This document shows, piece by piece, positions 53,822-63,539 of a stretch of DNA of 64,000 nucleotides; position 1 is the stretch's first letter; each line of letters starts with the position of its first letter. Both the position numbers and the translations under genes were made by a program. Location of the stretch: positions 166,217 through 230,216 of the forward strand of contig CAWCIU010000002.1 of NCBI GenBank assembly GCA_963795735.1, in the 5' to 3' direction. The notes beneath the pieces are model-generated. The model made no database searches and was not told the origin of the DNA. It worked only from the letters and a program-made list of their open reading frames with translations. The DNA is from an uncultured Acidobacteriota bacterium (GTDB lineage Bacteria > Acidobacteriota > Thermoanaerobaculia > Multivoradales > UBA5704).

Positions 53822-54123
53822 CCTACCAGATCCTCTGGTCCGATTCCGCGCTGGAACGGATCACCGAATTTCTCGACTTCCTCGCCGAGGATAATCCGAC
53901 CGCTGCTCAACGGGTCGTCACGGATCTCTTCCGGCGCGCCGGGGTTCTCGCGGAGCAGCCGCGATTGGGGCGCACGCTCTCCCAGGGGATCAATCCCGAC
54001 CTTCGCCGTCTCGTCATCGGCAAGTACGTTGTCGTCTACAGGATCCAGGAAGCTGGGCAGACGGTCACCATCGTAGCCGTCCGCCATTCCCGCGAGCGCT
54101 CTCTTCCTGAAGAAGAGGGCTGA
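53818..54123 (+). CDS. ParE/RelE-family type II toxin
   Basis: MTYQILWSDSALERITEFLDFLAEDNPTAAQRVV...LVIGKYVVVYRI... Typical ParE architecture. Confidence 0.75.
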   Translation: MTYQILWSDSALERITEFLDFLAEDNPTAAQRVVTDLFRRAGVLAEQPRLGRTLSQGINPDLRRLVIGKYVVVYRIQEAGQTVTIVAVRHSRERSLPEEEG

Positions 54124-54130
54124 AGAAGGT

Positions 54131-55354
54131 CTACCGGCAGACCCCCAGATACCCCCCCGGCGTGAACCCCGGGAACACCTGAGCCACCTGCGGGTTGGCC
54201 AGCCGCTTCTCCAGGATTTCGCTGAGCACGGTGCGGTAGTCGGTCGTCACCGCCAGGTCGCCGGGATCGGCGAGCGCCTCGGGGGCGAGGGTGGGCCAGG
54301 AGCCGTAGACCTTGCGGCCGTTGATCCCGCCGCCCATCAGGAACATGAAGCTGGCGGAGCCGTGGTCGGCGCCGCCGGAGGCGTTCTCCTCGATGCGCCG
54401 GCCGAACTCGGTCATCGTCGCCACCGTGACGTTGCCGATGCGGTCGTGCAGGTCGGCGTAGAAGGCGTGGAGGGCGGCGCCGAGGTCGGTCAGCAGGGCG
54501 GGAAGCTGCGAGGTCTCGGTGTCGTGCATGTCCCAGCCGCCGAGATCGACGCAGGCCACCTCGAGCCCCAGGTCGGCCTTGATGAGCTGGGCGATCTGCT
54601 TCAGCGCGTTGCCGAAGTCGGTGTCCGGATACTGGGCGCCGTTGGCCGGCTCGTACTGCCCGGGGTTGGCGGCGGCCAGCCGTTCGACGGCGCCGAAGGT
54701 CTGCAGGGCCTGGACATCGAGGAAGGTCGTCCCCGAGTAGAGCGCCGCCAGGGTCCCCTGGAAACGGGAGACCTGGTCATCGAACCCCTGGAGGTGAAAG
54801 TCGGCGATCGAGGCCAGGGAGGTGGCGGGAATGGTGCCCCGCAGCGACGCCTGGACGAGATCGCCGAAGCCGATGGCACGGAACGGCGAGGTGTTCGCCG
54901 GATCGACCGCCGCCAGGTGCCGGCCGAGCCAGCCGGAGAGCAGGCGCCGCTCGCCCGGCGTGCCACGCTCCATGAAGTCCATCGAATCGAAGTGCGAGTG
55001 GGTGTTGACCGGCATCCCGGCGGCCTGCACCACGGCGAGGCCGCCGTCGTCCCAGACCTCCTTCAGGGGGCCGAGCGAGGGGTGGAAGCCGAAGAAGCCG
55101 TCGAGGTCGATCCCGCCGCCGCTGGCGCCGGGATCGGGGATGCCGATCGTGGGGCGGTTGCCGTGGTAATAGGAGTCGCCGAAGGGGACGACGACGCTGA
55201 CGCCGTCGGCACCGCCGCGCAGGAAGATGCAGACCAGCGTGTCGCGCTGGGCGGAGGCCCGGCCGGGAGCGGCGAAGGCCAGCCGGGGAAACCAGTGCGG
55301 CAGGGTGGAGGCGCCCAGGGCGCCGAGGAAACCGCGGCGGGTCAGCTTGGACAT
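54131..55354 (-). CDS. DUF1501-family protein with a Tat signal (sulfatase-like fold)
   Basis: MSKLTRRGFLGALGAS twin-arginine motif. The conserved DUF1501 core forms a pair with the downstream DUF1800 gene. Confidence 0.75.
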   Translation of the reverse strand: MSKLTRRGFLGALGASTLPHWFPRLAFAAPGRASAQRDTLVCIFLRGGADGVSVVVPFGDSYYHGNRPTIGIPDPGASGGGIDLDGFFGFHPSLGPLKEVWDDGGLAVVQAAGMPVNTHSHFDSMDFMERGTPGERRLLSGWLGRHLAAVDPANTSPFRAIGFGDLVQASLRGTIPATSLASIADFHLQGFDDQVSRFQGTLAALYSGTTFLDVQALQTFGAVERLAAANPGQYEPANGAQYPDTDFGNALKQIAQLIKADLGLEVACVDLGGWDMHDTETSQLPALLTDLGAALHAFYADLHDRIGNVTVATMTEFGRRIEENASGGADHGSASFMFLMGGGINGRKVYGSWPTLAPEALADPGDLAVTTDYRTVLSEILEKRLANPQVAQVFPGFTPGGYLGVCR

Positions 55355-55379
55355 GGTCTCGTCTCCGAAGTCTTCGAGG

Positions 55380-56957
55380 TCAGCGCCATTGGAAGTAGGG
55401 GGACCCGAGGAGCAGGGCGATCAGCCCGGGGGCCTGCTGGTTGAGGTACCAGGCCGGCACCCGCGCGCTGCCCGGCCGACCCTGGCCGACGTAGTTGATC
55501 AACCGGTCGCGGTCGGCCGGATCGAGCGGCCCCTGGATCAAACGCGAGGCGATCGCGTCCACGAAGCGGGCCGAGGTCTTCGCGGCCGTGGCGGCGACGA
55601 TGCCGCGGATCGGCACCGGCACGCCGTCGAACCAGTTGAGCGCCAGGGCCGAGGCGAGGTTCCAGCGGTTCAGCATACCGTTGGTGTTGGCCCAGGCGGC
55701 GCCCACGTCCGGATAGCCGTTGGGCGGCTCCCACTCGAAGGGCACCTGGCCCAGCGGCGACAGGGAGTAGATGAGGTTGTCGAGCCCGGTCGTCGTCGGC
55801 TGCGGCCCCACAGTGCGCAGGGCGGCGAGGAGGAACTCGTAGGGGCGGCGCAGCTTCTGCCCGGCCGAGGCGAAGAACTCGTCCGCGAGCAGGATCGTGC
55901 GCAGCACGGCGCGGATGTCGCCGCCGGTGGCGGCGAAGGTCGCCGCCGCCTGGTCCACCACCGAGGCGGGGGGATTGTCGGCGACGAAGTGCCGGCAGAG
56001 CTTGGTACTGATGAAGCGAGCGCAGGAGGGGTGGCGCGCCAGGGTCGCCAGCACCCGCTGGCCGTCGAGCATCCCCGGATCGCCGCCGGCGATGGCGACG
56101 CCGAGGACGGTCTTCGGCCCCGGATCGTGAGAGCCGGGGTCGAACAGGAACTCGCCGTCGGTCCCCTGGCCGTTGTAGTCCACCGTCCAGCCGGTGAAGC
56201 AGCGAGCCACCTCGTGGACGTCGGTCTGCGTGTAGCCGGCGGCGGAGCCGATCGTGTGCAGCTCCATCAGCTCGCGGGCGTAGTTCTCGTTGGGACCGTC
56301 GGCGACGTTGGAGGCGTTGTCGAGGTAGACCATCATCGCCGGGCTTTGCGCCGAGGCGGCGAGCAGGTCGCGGAAGAGGCCCAGGGCGTGGGGGCGGGTC
56401 ACCGCCCGGTCGTCCACCGTCTTCAGCACGGCGACGTCGTCTTTGAAGTGATACATGCTGAAGTGGTTGTTCCAGAACTCGACCATCATCTCGTAGAGCT
56501 GGCGCTTGCTGAACAGGGCGCGGTAGAGGGTGGCCCGCTTGAGCTCCATGGCGACCGAGTAGCCGCCGTCGTTCTGCTGGTTGGCGATGTCGTAGAGCTC
56601 CTGGGCAGACTTGGTCAGGGTGGGACAGAGCGCGGCCACGGCGGTCTCCACCGCGGAGTCGTCGATCGTCTCCGGATGGAGCTGCTCGTCGAGCCAGGCC
56701 TGGTACCCCATCCCCCGGGCGCGGTCCACCTCCCCCGGCGGCGCGCCGTAGGTGGTCCGGTGCAGCAGGTGGATCGCCGGGTCGGTGGCCGGCGCGATCC
56801 GCGAGACGATCCCCTTCAGCTCCTCAACCGGCAGCCGCCGCGTCCGCCCTTCGGCCTCCAGCGCCTGGGCCGGCCACGACCCCAGGAGCGCCGAGGCCAG
56901 GCCGGCGCCGGCGGCCCCCTTCAACAGCCCCCTCCTCGATAGTGGTTCGCTGCTCAT
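55380..56957 (-). CDS. DUF1800-family protein
   Basis: MSSEPLSRRGLLKGAAGAG signal. DUF1800 core. The canonical DUF1800-DUF1501 gene pair. Confidence 0.75.
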   Translation of the reverse strand: MSSEPLSRRGLLKGAAGAGLASALLGSWPAQALEAEGRTRRLPVEELKGIVSRIAPATDPAIHLLHRTTYGAPPGEVDRARGMGYQAWLDEQLHPETIDDSAVETAVAALCPTLTKSAQELYDIANQQNDGGYSVAMELKRATLYRALFSKRQLYEMMVEFWNNHFSMYHFKDDVAVLKTVDDRAVTRPHALGLFRDLLAASAQSPAMMVYLDNASNVADGPNENYARELMELHTIGSAAGYTQTDVHEVARCFTGWTVDYNGQGTDGEFLFDPGSHDPGPKTVLGVAIAGGDPGMLDGQRVLATLARHPSCARFISTKLCRHFVADNPPASVVDQAAATFAATGGDIRAVLRTILLADEFFASAGQKLRRPYEFLLAALRTVGPQPTTTGLDNLIYSLSPLGQVPFEWEPPNGYPDVGAAWANTNGMLNRWNLASALALNWFDGVPVPIRGIVAATAAKTSARFVDAIASRLIQGPLDPADRDRLINYVGQGRPGSARVPAWYLNQQAPGLIALLLGSPYFQWR

Positions 56958-57072
56958 CGCGATCCTCTCCTCGTTACTGTTCTGTTATAGACATTAGAGC
57001 ATAGATAGGTAGCCCAAGGGAATACCGCGCTCACGTCCAAATGGCTCGCGGCTTGCATTTACGGAACCTCGA

Positions 57073-58074
57073 ATGGCGAGTGAGATCTCTGAGCTGAGGG
57101 CGACGTTCCGCCGGGGCGCGGAAAATGGGGAGAAGAGAGGCGTGGACGGGCTGCCTTCCTCCTGGGAGGCTCTCACCGCCGAGTTCCCGAATGTCGAGAT
57201 TCGCCGCGAGCCGGACGCTTCCGGGCGGGACCTCCCCTGTCTTCCCCCCCTCCGGGTCGAAGAGTGGGAATCCCAATTTTTCAACTTCTACGAGCTGGAC
57301 GGGCAGCTCGACGCGATGGCCGAGTGCGAGGGTGGACCCTTCGCCGTGCTCCTCCTGGGTAAGCCGGAGGCATTGCCGCGGGTGGCCGGCGAGGTCCTCA
57401 GCCGCTGCCAGCGGTGGACCGATCGCCGTAACGGCGCCTCGCGCGGCGGCCTCTTCGACCGCGTCCTCGCCGAGCACCGGGAGACGCACGACCTCTCGAA
57501 GCCGCTGGTGCGCGCCGACTACGACCACGCTCTGGACACCTGGCAGTGGACGCTCCGGCTGGAGCCCGAGGCGGACCTCCCCTTGCAACTCGCGGCGCTC
57601 TTCCATGACGTGGAGCGCCTCGCCTCGGAGGCCGACGCGCGGATCGAGCACCAGGCCGGCGACTACCAGGCCTTCAAGGACGATCACGCGGAGCGCGGGG
57701 CAGAGCTGGCCGAGGCTCTGCTCGGCTGGGTGGGGGTGGACGCCGGGACCCGTCAGCGTACGGCCCGGCTGATCGCCGCCCACGAGCGCCCGCCGGCCGC
57801 CGGGGACCCGGACGCGGCGGCGATCGCCCTGCTCAACGACGCGGACGCGCTCTCCTTCTTCTCGCTCAACAGCGTGGGATACCTCGACTACTTCGGGCCG
57901 GAGGCCACCCGGCGCAAGGTGGCCTACACCCTGCGGCGGCTGCGCCCGGAAGCCCGCCGGCACCTCTCCGGGATGCGCCTGCGGCCGGCCATCCAGGAGG
58001 CGATCGAAGAGGTCATCGCGGAAGCCGCGGCGCCCGAAATCCCCCTCGGGACCCGGGAGACGGTGGTGACATGA
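57073..58074 (+). CDS. Hypothetical protein with an HD-like motif (H...HD); first gene of a 7-gene coupled operon
   Basis: ...DYDHALDTWQW...LAALFHDVERL... Stop overlaps the next ATG (ATGA). Confidence 0.45.
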   Translation: MASEISELRATFRRGAENGEKRGVDGLPSSWEALTAEFPNVEIRREPDASGRDLPCLPPLRVEEWESQFFNFYELDGQLDAMAECEGGPFAVLLLGKPEALPRVAGEVLSRCQRWTDRRNGASRGGLFDRVLAEHRETHDLSKPLVRADYDHALDTWQWTLRLEPEADLPLQLAALFHDVERLASEADARIEHQAGDYQAFKDDHAERGAELAEALLGWVGVDAGTRQRTARLIAAHERPPAAGDPDAAAIALLNDADALSFFSLNSVGYLDYFGPEATRRKVAYTLRRLRPEARRHLSGMRLRPAIQEAIEEVIAEAAAPEIPLGTRETVVT

Positions 58075-59141
58075 AGCTGGTGATCTTCGGGCTGACGATC
58101 AGCTCGTCCTGGGGGAACGGACACGCGACGCTGTGGCGCGGGCTCTGCCGGGCGCTGGCCAGGCGCGGGCACCGGATCGTCTTCTTCGAGAAGGACGTCC
58201 CCTACTACGCGATGAACCGCGACCTGATCGAGCTTCCCGGGACCGACCTGCGGCTCTACCCGAGCTGGGAGGAGGCGCTCCCCCAGGCCCGCCGGGAGGT
58301 GGCGGAGGCCGACGTGGCGATGGTGACCTCGTACTGTCCCGACGGCGTCGCCGCCGCCGAGCTCGTGCTCTCGACCGGCGGTCCCCTCTCGCTCTTCTAC
58401 GACCTCGACACCCCGGTGACCCTGGAGCGGCTCCGCAACGGCGAGGAGGTCCCTTATCTGCCGGCCGGCGGGCTGGGCGGCTTCGACCTCGTGCTCTCCT
58501 ACACCGGCGGCGCGGCCCTCGACGAGCTGCGACGGCGCCTGGGCGCCCGCCGGGTGGCCCCCCTCTACGGCAGCGTCGATCCGGAGACCCACCGGCCGGC
58601 CGCGCCCCTGCCGGGTTTCCAGGGGGACTTCTCCTATCTCGGCACCTACGCCGCCGACCGCCAGGAGGCCCTGGAGCGGCTGTTCCTGGCTCCCGCCCGG
58701 CGGCTGCCGGAGAAGCGCTTCGTGATCGGCGGCGCGCAGTATCCGGTCGACTTCCCCTGGGGCTCCAACCTCTTCTTCGTCCGCCACCTGCCGCCGGCGG
58801 ACCACCCCGCCTTCTACGCCTCCTCGCCCCTGACGCTCAACGTGACGCGGGCGGCCATGGCCAGCATGGGCTACTGCCCGTCGGGGCGCCTGTTCGAGGC
58901 CGCCGCCTGCGGCACGGCCGTGCTCTCCGACGCCTGGGAGGGGCTCGACCGCTTCTTCGAGCCGGGGCGGGAGATCTTCACCGCCGGCAGCCCGGAGGAG
59001 GTCTGCGAGATCCTCTCCCTCCCCCGGGCGGAGATCGACCGGGTGGCCCGCGCGGCACGGGAAAGGACGCTCGCCGAGCACACGGCGGACCGGCGGGCGG
59101 AGGAGCTGGTGGAGATGCTGCGGATCGGAGTGCCGGCATGA
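58071..59141 (+). CDS. CgeB-like glycosyltransferase (DUF3880 / GT1-like)
   Basis: MKLVIFGLTISSSWGNGHATLWRGLCRALARRGHRIVFFEKDVPYYA... Characteristic CgeB-family N-terminus. Confidence 0.65.
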   Translation: MKLVIFGLTISSSWGNGHATLWRGLCRALARRGHRIVFFEKDVPYYAMNRDLIELPGTDLRLYPSWEEALPQARREVAEADVAMVTSYCPDGVAAAELVLSTGGPLSLFYDLDTPVTLERLRNGEEVPYLPAGGLGGFDLVLSYTGGAALDELRRRLGARRVAPLYGSVDPETHRPAAPLPGFQGDFSYLGTYAADRQEALERLFLAPARRLPEKRFVIGGAQYPVDFPWGSNLFFVRHLPPADHPAFYASSPLTLNVTRAAMASMGYCPSGRLFEAAACGTAVLSDAWEGLDRFFEPGREIFTAGSPEEVCEILSLPRAEIDRVARAARERTLAEHTADRRAEELVEMLRIGVPA

Positions 59142-59878
59142 GCCTCTGGGGGATCGTCCCCGCCGCCGGCCTGGGGAGCCGCATCCAGCCGCTCGCCTTC
59201 TCGAAGGAGCTACTGCCGGTGGGCAGCCGCCTGGACGGCCAGACGGAGCGACCCAAGGCGGTCTCGGAGTACCTGGTCGATCGGATGGTCCTCGCCGGCG
59301 CCACCCGCATCTGCATGACGATCTCGCCGGGCAAGTCCGACATCGTCGAGTACTTCGGCGGCGGCATCGGCCCGGCGCACGTCTGCTACGTGGTCCAGCC
59401 CGAGCCGCAGGGGCTCTGCGACGCCCTGTTCCGCGCCCTGCCGCTGATCGGCGCCGGCGACCAGGTGCTGATCGGCCTGCCGGACACCGTCTGGTTTCCC
59501 GAGGACGGCTTCAGCCGCCTGCCCGACGACGCGCTCGCCTTCCTCCTCTTCCCCGTCCGGCGACCCGAGCTCTTCGACGCCGTGGTGACCGGCGAGGACG
59601 GCCGGGTGCTCGAGATCCAGGTCAAGCAGCCGGGGGCCGCCAGCTCCTGGGTCTGGGGGGCATTCCGCATGCCCGCCGCGGTGTTCCAGGACCTCCACGC
59701 GCTCTGGCAGGAGCGCGGCCGGCGGGATGTCTATGTCGGCACCCTGGTCAACGCCTGGCTGGCGCGCGGCGGCGAGGCCCGCGGCGTCCGCGCCGGCGAG
59801 GCCTACGTCGACGTGGGGACCCTGCATGGATACCGGGAGGCGATCCAGCTTCTCGAGCGGCGCGAGGTGCTGACGTGA
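59138..59878 (+). CDS. Sugar-phosphate / alcohol-phosphate nucleotidyltransferase (NTP_transferase fold)
   Basis: GxGxR motif VPAAGLGSR at the N-terminus. ATGA overlap with the upstream gene. Confidence 0.65.
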   Translation: MSLWGIVPAAGLGSRIQPLAFSKELLPVGSRLDGQTERPKAVSEYLVDRMVLAGATRICMTISPGKSDIVEYFGGGIGPAHVCYVVQPEPQGLCDALFRALPLIGAGDQVLIGLPDTVWFPEDGFSRLPDDALAFLLFPVRRPELFDAVVTGEDGRVLEIQVKQPGAASSWVWGAFRMPAAVFQDLHALWQERGRRDVYVGTLVNAWLARGGEARGVRAGEAYVDVGTLHGYREAIQLLERREVLT

Positions 59879-60759
59879 TCGAAGCCGTGAAGCTGTGGAA
59901 CGAGCCCAACAACAAGTCCCATTGGGATTTCGACACCGATCCCGAGTGGAAGCTGTTCGCCCGCATGGCGACGCTGGCCGGCGACGCCGTCCGGGGGCAA
60001 AACGGCACCCTCACCCGCGTCCTGGGCGGGATCTCGCCGATCGATCCCAGGTTCATCACCAACATGAAGGACCAGGGCGTGCTGGACTACGTGGACGCGG
60101 TCGCCGTCCACGGCTTCCCGCTCGACTGGAACCACTGGCAGATTAACGAGTGGCCCGACCGGCTGGCGGAGATCCAGGCGCTGACCGACCTCCCCGTCTG
60201 GGTGACCGAGGTGGGGGTGTCGACCTTCGGCGCCGAGGAGGTGCAGGACTTCGGCCTGCGCCGCTCCGCCGAGCTCCTGCTCGGCCGGGCGCCGCGGGTC
60301 CACTGGTACAGCCTCTACGACCTGCCGCGCGCCTGGCCGGCCACCACCCGCCACCGCGAGGCCGAGGGCTCCTCCTACTACCGGCACTTCTACATGGGCA
60401 TCCTGCGCGAGGACGGCACCCCCAAGATCTCGCTGGCGCGGTTCGCCGATTACACGCCCGAGCTCGGCATCTGCCAGTGGTTCCACTTCGAGGACTACCG
60501 GCTGGACGACGCCGTGCGCTGGCTCAGGAAGCTGGGGGTCAGGAAGCTGCGCACCGGCCTCTCCTGGGCCGACAGCTTCCGTCCCGGCGCGGACGCCTGG
60601 TTCGACCGGCAGATGAAGGCGCTCGACGAGTTCGACGTCACTATCACCTACTGTTTCACTCCGGAGCACCGCGGCCTCCAGCCCCACCACACCAGCCCGC
60701 CGCAGTGCCTGGAGGAATACGCGGACTTCTGCGCCCGGATGACCCAGCGGTACGCGTAG
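59875..60759 (+). CDS. Clan GH-A-like glycoside hydrolase, short form
   Basis: Acid/base-type motif KLWNEPNN at the extreme N-terminus and nucleophile-type motif VWVTEVG. GTG start overlapping the upstream stop. Confidence 0.4.
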   Translation: MIEAVKLWNEPNNKSHWDFDTDPEWKLFARMATLAGDAVRGQNGTLTRVLGGISPIDPRFITNMKDQGVLDYVDAVAVHGFPLDWNHWQINEWPDRLAEIQALTDLPVWVTEVGVSTFGAEEVQDFGLRRSAELLLGRAPRVHWYSLYDLPRAWPATTRHREAEGSSYYRHFYMGILREDGTPKISLARFADYTPELGICQWFHFEDYRLDDAVRWLRKLGVRKLRTGLSWADSFRPGADAWFDRQMKALDEFDVTITYCFTPEHRGLQPHHTSPPQCLEEYADFCARMTQRYA

Positions 60760-60770
60760 GTAGCCGACGG

Positions 60771-61511
60771 ATGGTAGGGCTTCTTCTGAGTCCGAACCCT
60801 CCGCGCGTCCTGATGGTCGTGGCCCATCCGGACGACGAGACGGTGGGGGCCGGGGCTCTGCTCTCCCGCCTGCCGGACGTCTGGATCGTCCACGCGACGG
60901 ACGGCGCGCCGCGCGATCCCCGGTTCATCGCGCGGAGCTTTTCCGGGAGCCGCGAGGAATACGCGCGGGCGCGGCGGCGGGAGCTGGAGGCGGCCCTGGC
61001 GCTCGCCGGGATCGGGCCGGACCGCCTGCGCTGCCTGGGCATCGCGGACCAGGAGGCGGTCTTCGAGATCCCCCGGCTCACCGAGGGGATCGCCCGGGCC
61101 GTCCGCGAGATCGAGCCTGGGATGATCCTCACCCTCGCCTACGAGGGAGGGCACCCGGACCATGACGCCGTAGCCCTGGCGGTGCGGAAAGCGGCGGGAG
61201 GGATCGAGGTGATCGAGATGCCGCTCTACCACGCGGGTCCGGAGGGAATGATCGTCCAGGAGCTCCTCCCCGGCCCCCCCGAGGTCCGCCTCGTCCTGAC
61301 GGATCAGGAAAAGGACTTGAAACGGCGGATGATCGAATCCTTCGCTACCCAGCAGGAGACTCTGCGAGCCTTCCTGCCGCCCCGCGACGAGCGGTTCCGG
61401 CCCGCCCCGGTCCACGATTTCACCCGCCCGCCCCACCCGGGCCGCCTGCAATACGAGAGCTGGGGCTTCCCGATCACCGGAGCAGAGTGGAGGGCCAGAG
61501 CGGGATGCTGA
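60771..61511 (+). CDS. PIG-L / LmbE-family N-acetylglucosaminyl deacetylase
   Basis: VVAHPDDE motif and ...HPDH... Start assigned to ATG 60771. Confidence 0.75.
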   Translation: MVGLLLSPNPPRVLMVVAHPDDETVGAGALLSRLPDVWIVHATDGAPRDPRFIARSFSGSREEYARARRRELEAALALAGIGPDRLRCLGIADQEAVFEIPRLTEGIARAVREIEPGMILTLAYEGGHPDHDAVALAVRKAAGGIEVIEMPLYHAGPEGMIVQELLPGPPEVRLVLTDQEKDLKRRMIESFATQQETLRAFLPPRDERFRPAPVHDFTRPPHPGRLQYESWGFPITGAEWRARAGC

Positions 61512-62545
61512 CCGTCCTCAGCGTCGCCTATCCGTTCGCCCCGGTCGGTCCGGACGCGGTGGGGGGAGCCGAACAGATCCTGACGGCCCTGGACGGCGCG
61601 CTGGTACGCGCCGGGCACCGGTCGGTCGTGATCGCCCGCGAAGGGTCGGTCTGCCGGGGGGCGCTGATCCCCGTGCCGGCCTGGAGCGCCATCGACGAGG
61701 GGGCGAAGATCGCGGCATACCCGCGGGTACGCCAGGCGATCTCCGAGGTGCTGCGGCGGTTTCCAGTCGATCTGATCCACTTCCACGGGCTGGACTTCGC
61801 CCAATACCTGCCGGAGGACGGTCCACCCGCGCTCGCGACGCTCCATCTTCCCCCCCACCTCTATTCGCGCCAGGCGCTCTTCCCGCGCCGCCCCTCGACG
61901 TGGCTCCACTGCGTCTCCGAGTCGCAGCAGCGGGCCTGCCCCGCCGGCCTCTCCCTGCTGCCCCCCGTCCCTAACGGGGTCGATCTCCAGGCCTTCCGTC
62001 CCGGCCCCCGCAAGCGGCGGTTCGCCCTGGCACTGGGACGGATCTGCCCCGAGAAGGGGTACCACGAGGGGATCGACGCGACGCGGCAGGCGGGCATCCC
62101 CCTGGTCCTCGCCGGCGAGGTCTTCCCCTACGAAGAGCATCAGCGCTATTTCCGGGAGGAGATCGAGCCCCGGCTCGGCGACGGCGTCCGGTTCCTGGGT
62201 CCCCTCGGCTTCCGGCGCAAGCGGCGGCTGCTGGCGGCGGCGCGGTGCCTGGTCGTCCCCAGCCGCATCGCCGAGACCAGCTCGCTGGTGGCCATGGAGG
62301 CGCTCGCCTGCGGCACCCCGGTGGTGGCCTGCCGCGCCGGCGCGCTCCCCGAGATCGTCGAGCACGGCCGGACGGGCCTCCTGGTCTCCGACGTCCCGGA
62401 GATGGCCCGGGCGATCCGCGACGCCGGGGCGCTCGATCCGGCGGAATGCCGCCGCGAGGCCGAGCGGCGCTTCTCGTCCGAGCTCATGATCCGCCGCTAC
62501 TTCGACCTCTACCGCCAGCTCGCGGCCCGGCCCGTCCATGTTTGA
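61505..62545 (+). CDS. GT4-family glycosyltransferase
   Basis: E-x7-E motif region ...ETSSLVAMEALACGTPVV... Start overlaps the upstream stop. Confidence 0.8.
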   Translation: MLTVLSVAYPFAPVGPDAVGGAEQILTALDGALVRAGHRSVVIAREGSVCRGALIPVPAWSAIDEGAKIAAYPRVRQAISEVLRRFPVDLIHFHGLDFAQYLPEDGPPALATLHLPPHLYSRQALFPRRPSTWLHCVSESQQRACPAGLSLLPPVPNGVDLQAFRPGPRKRRFALALGRICPEKGYHEGIDATRQAGIPLVLAGEVFPYEEHQRYFREEIEPRLGDGVRFLGPLGFRRKRRLLAAARCLVVPSRIAETSSLVAMEALACGTPVVACRAGALPEIVEHGRTGLLVSDVPEMARAIRDAGALDPAECRREAERRFSSELMIRRYFDLYRQLAARPVHV

Positions 62546-63539
62546 GGTAGAAGAAATTACCTCCCTGGAGATCCTGGAATCGCTCCGCGGCGAATGGTCC
62601 GCCCTCTGCGACCGCTCCCCGCGCGCCACGCCGTTCCAGCGCCCGGAGTGGCTGCTCCCCTGGTGGCGCGCCTTCCCGCCGGGCGAGCCCTGGACGCTGG
62701 CGGTCCGCGAGGAGGGCCGGCTCGCCGCCCTGGCCCCCCTCCTCGTCTATCTCAACCAGGGACGACGGACCGTGGCCTTCTGCGGCGGCGGCGTCTCGGA
62801 CTACTGCGACGTGGTCACCGCTCCCGAGGGGGAGGACGAAGCCGTCGCCGCCCTCTTTTCTCATCTCGCCGCCCGGCGGGATTTCTGGGAGATGGCGGAC
62901 TTCGAGCCGGTCCCCGGGGAGAGCCCGCTCCTCCGCATCGCGGCAATGGATGGCCTCAAGGCCCGCACCGGGCCGCGGGACGTCTGCCCGGGGATCGACC
63001 TGCCCGGCCGGATCGAGGACCTCCACGGCGTGGTCTCCACCCGCCAGCTCGCCAACCTCCGCAAGTACCGCCGCAAGGCGGAGGCCCTGGGTGAGCTGCG
63101 CCTGCAGACCCTCGACGACCGCCCCTGGGAGGAACTGCTGGACATCCTGATCCACCTCCACGGCGCCCGCTGGGAGGAGCTGGGTGAGGCGGGGATGCTC
63201 GGCGGCGACGGCCTGCGCGCCTTCCACCGCGAGGTCGCCGCCGGGTTCCACGCCCGCGGCGCCCTCGGCCTCTACGCCCTCTGCCTGGACGGCCACCCTC
63301 TCGCCGCGCTCTACGGCTTCCGGGAGAAGAGCGCCTTCTTCTGCTACATGCAGGGGTTCGATCCGGGCTGGGCCCGGCTCAGCCCGGGAGCCATGGTGAC
63401 GGGCGGGGTGATCGAGGAGGTCATCCGCCAGGGGATGAGAAGAATCGATTTCCTCCGCGGCCGCGAGGCCTACAAATACGCGTGGGGAGCGGCGGACCGG
63501 GAGACTTTCCGGCGGACGCTCGCTCAATCCTCCTGGTAG
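62538..63539 (+). CDS. FemAB / BioF2-like GNAT-fold acyltransferase (CelD-like)
   Basis: Acetyltransf_6-like C-terminal half ...YALCLDGHPLAALYGFREKSAFFCYMQGFDP... ATG overlaps the upstream stop. Confidence 0.6.
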   Translation: MFEVEEITSLEILESLRGEWSALCDRSPRATPFQRPEWLLPWWRAFPPGEPWTLAVREEGRLAALAPLLVYLNQGRRTVAFCGGGVSDYCDVVTAPEGEDEAVAALFSHLAARRDFWEMADFEPVPGESPLLRIAAMDGLKARTGPRDVCPGIDLPGRIEDLHGVVSTRQLANLRKYRRKAEALGELRLQTLDDRPWEELLDILIHLHGARWEELGEAGMLGGDGLRAFHREVAAGFHARGALGLYALCLDGHPLAALYGFREKSAFFCYMQGFDPGWARLSPGAMVTGGVIEEVIRQGMRRIDFLRGREAYKYAWGAADRETFRRTLAQSSW

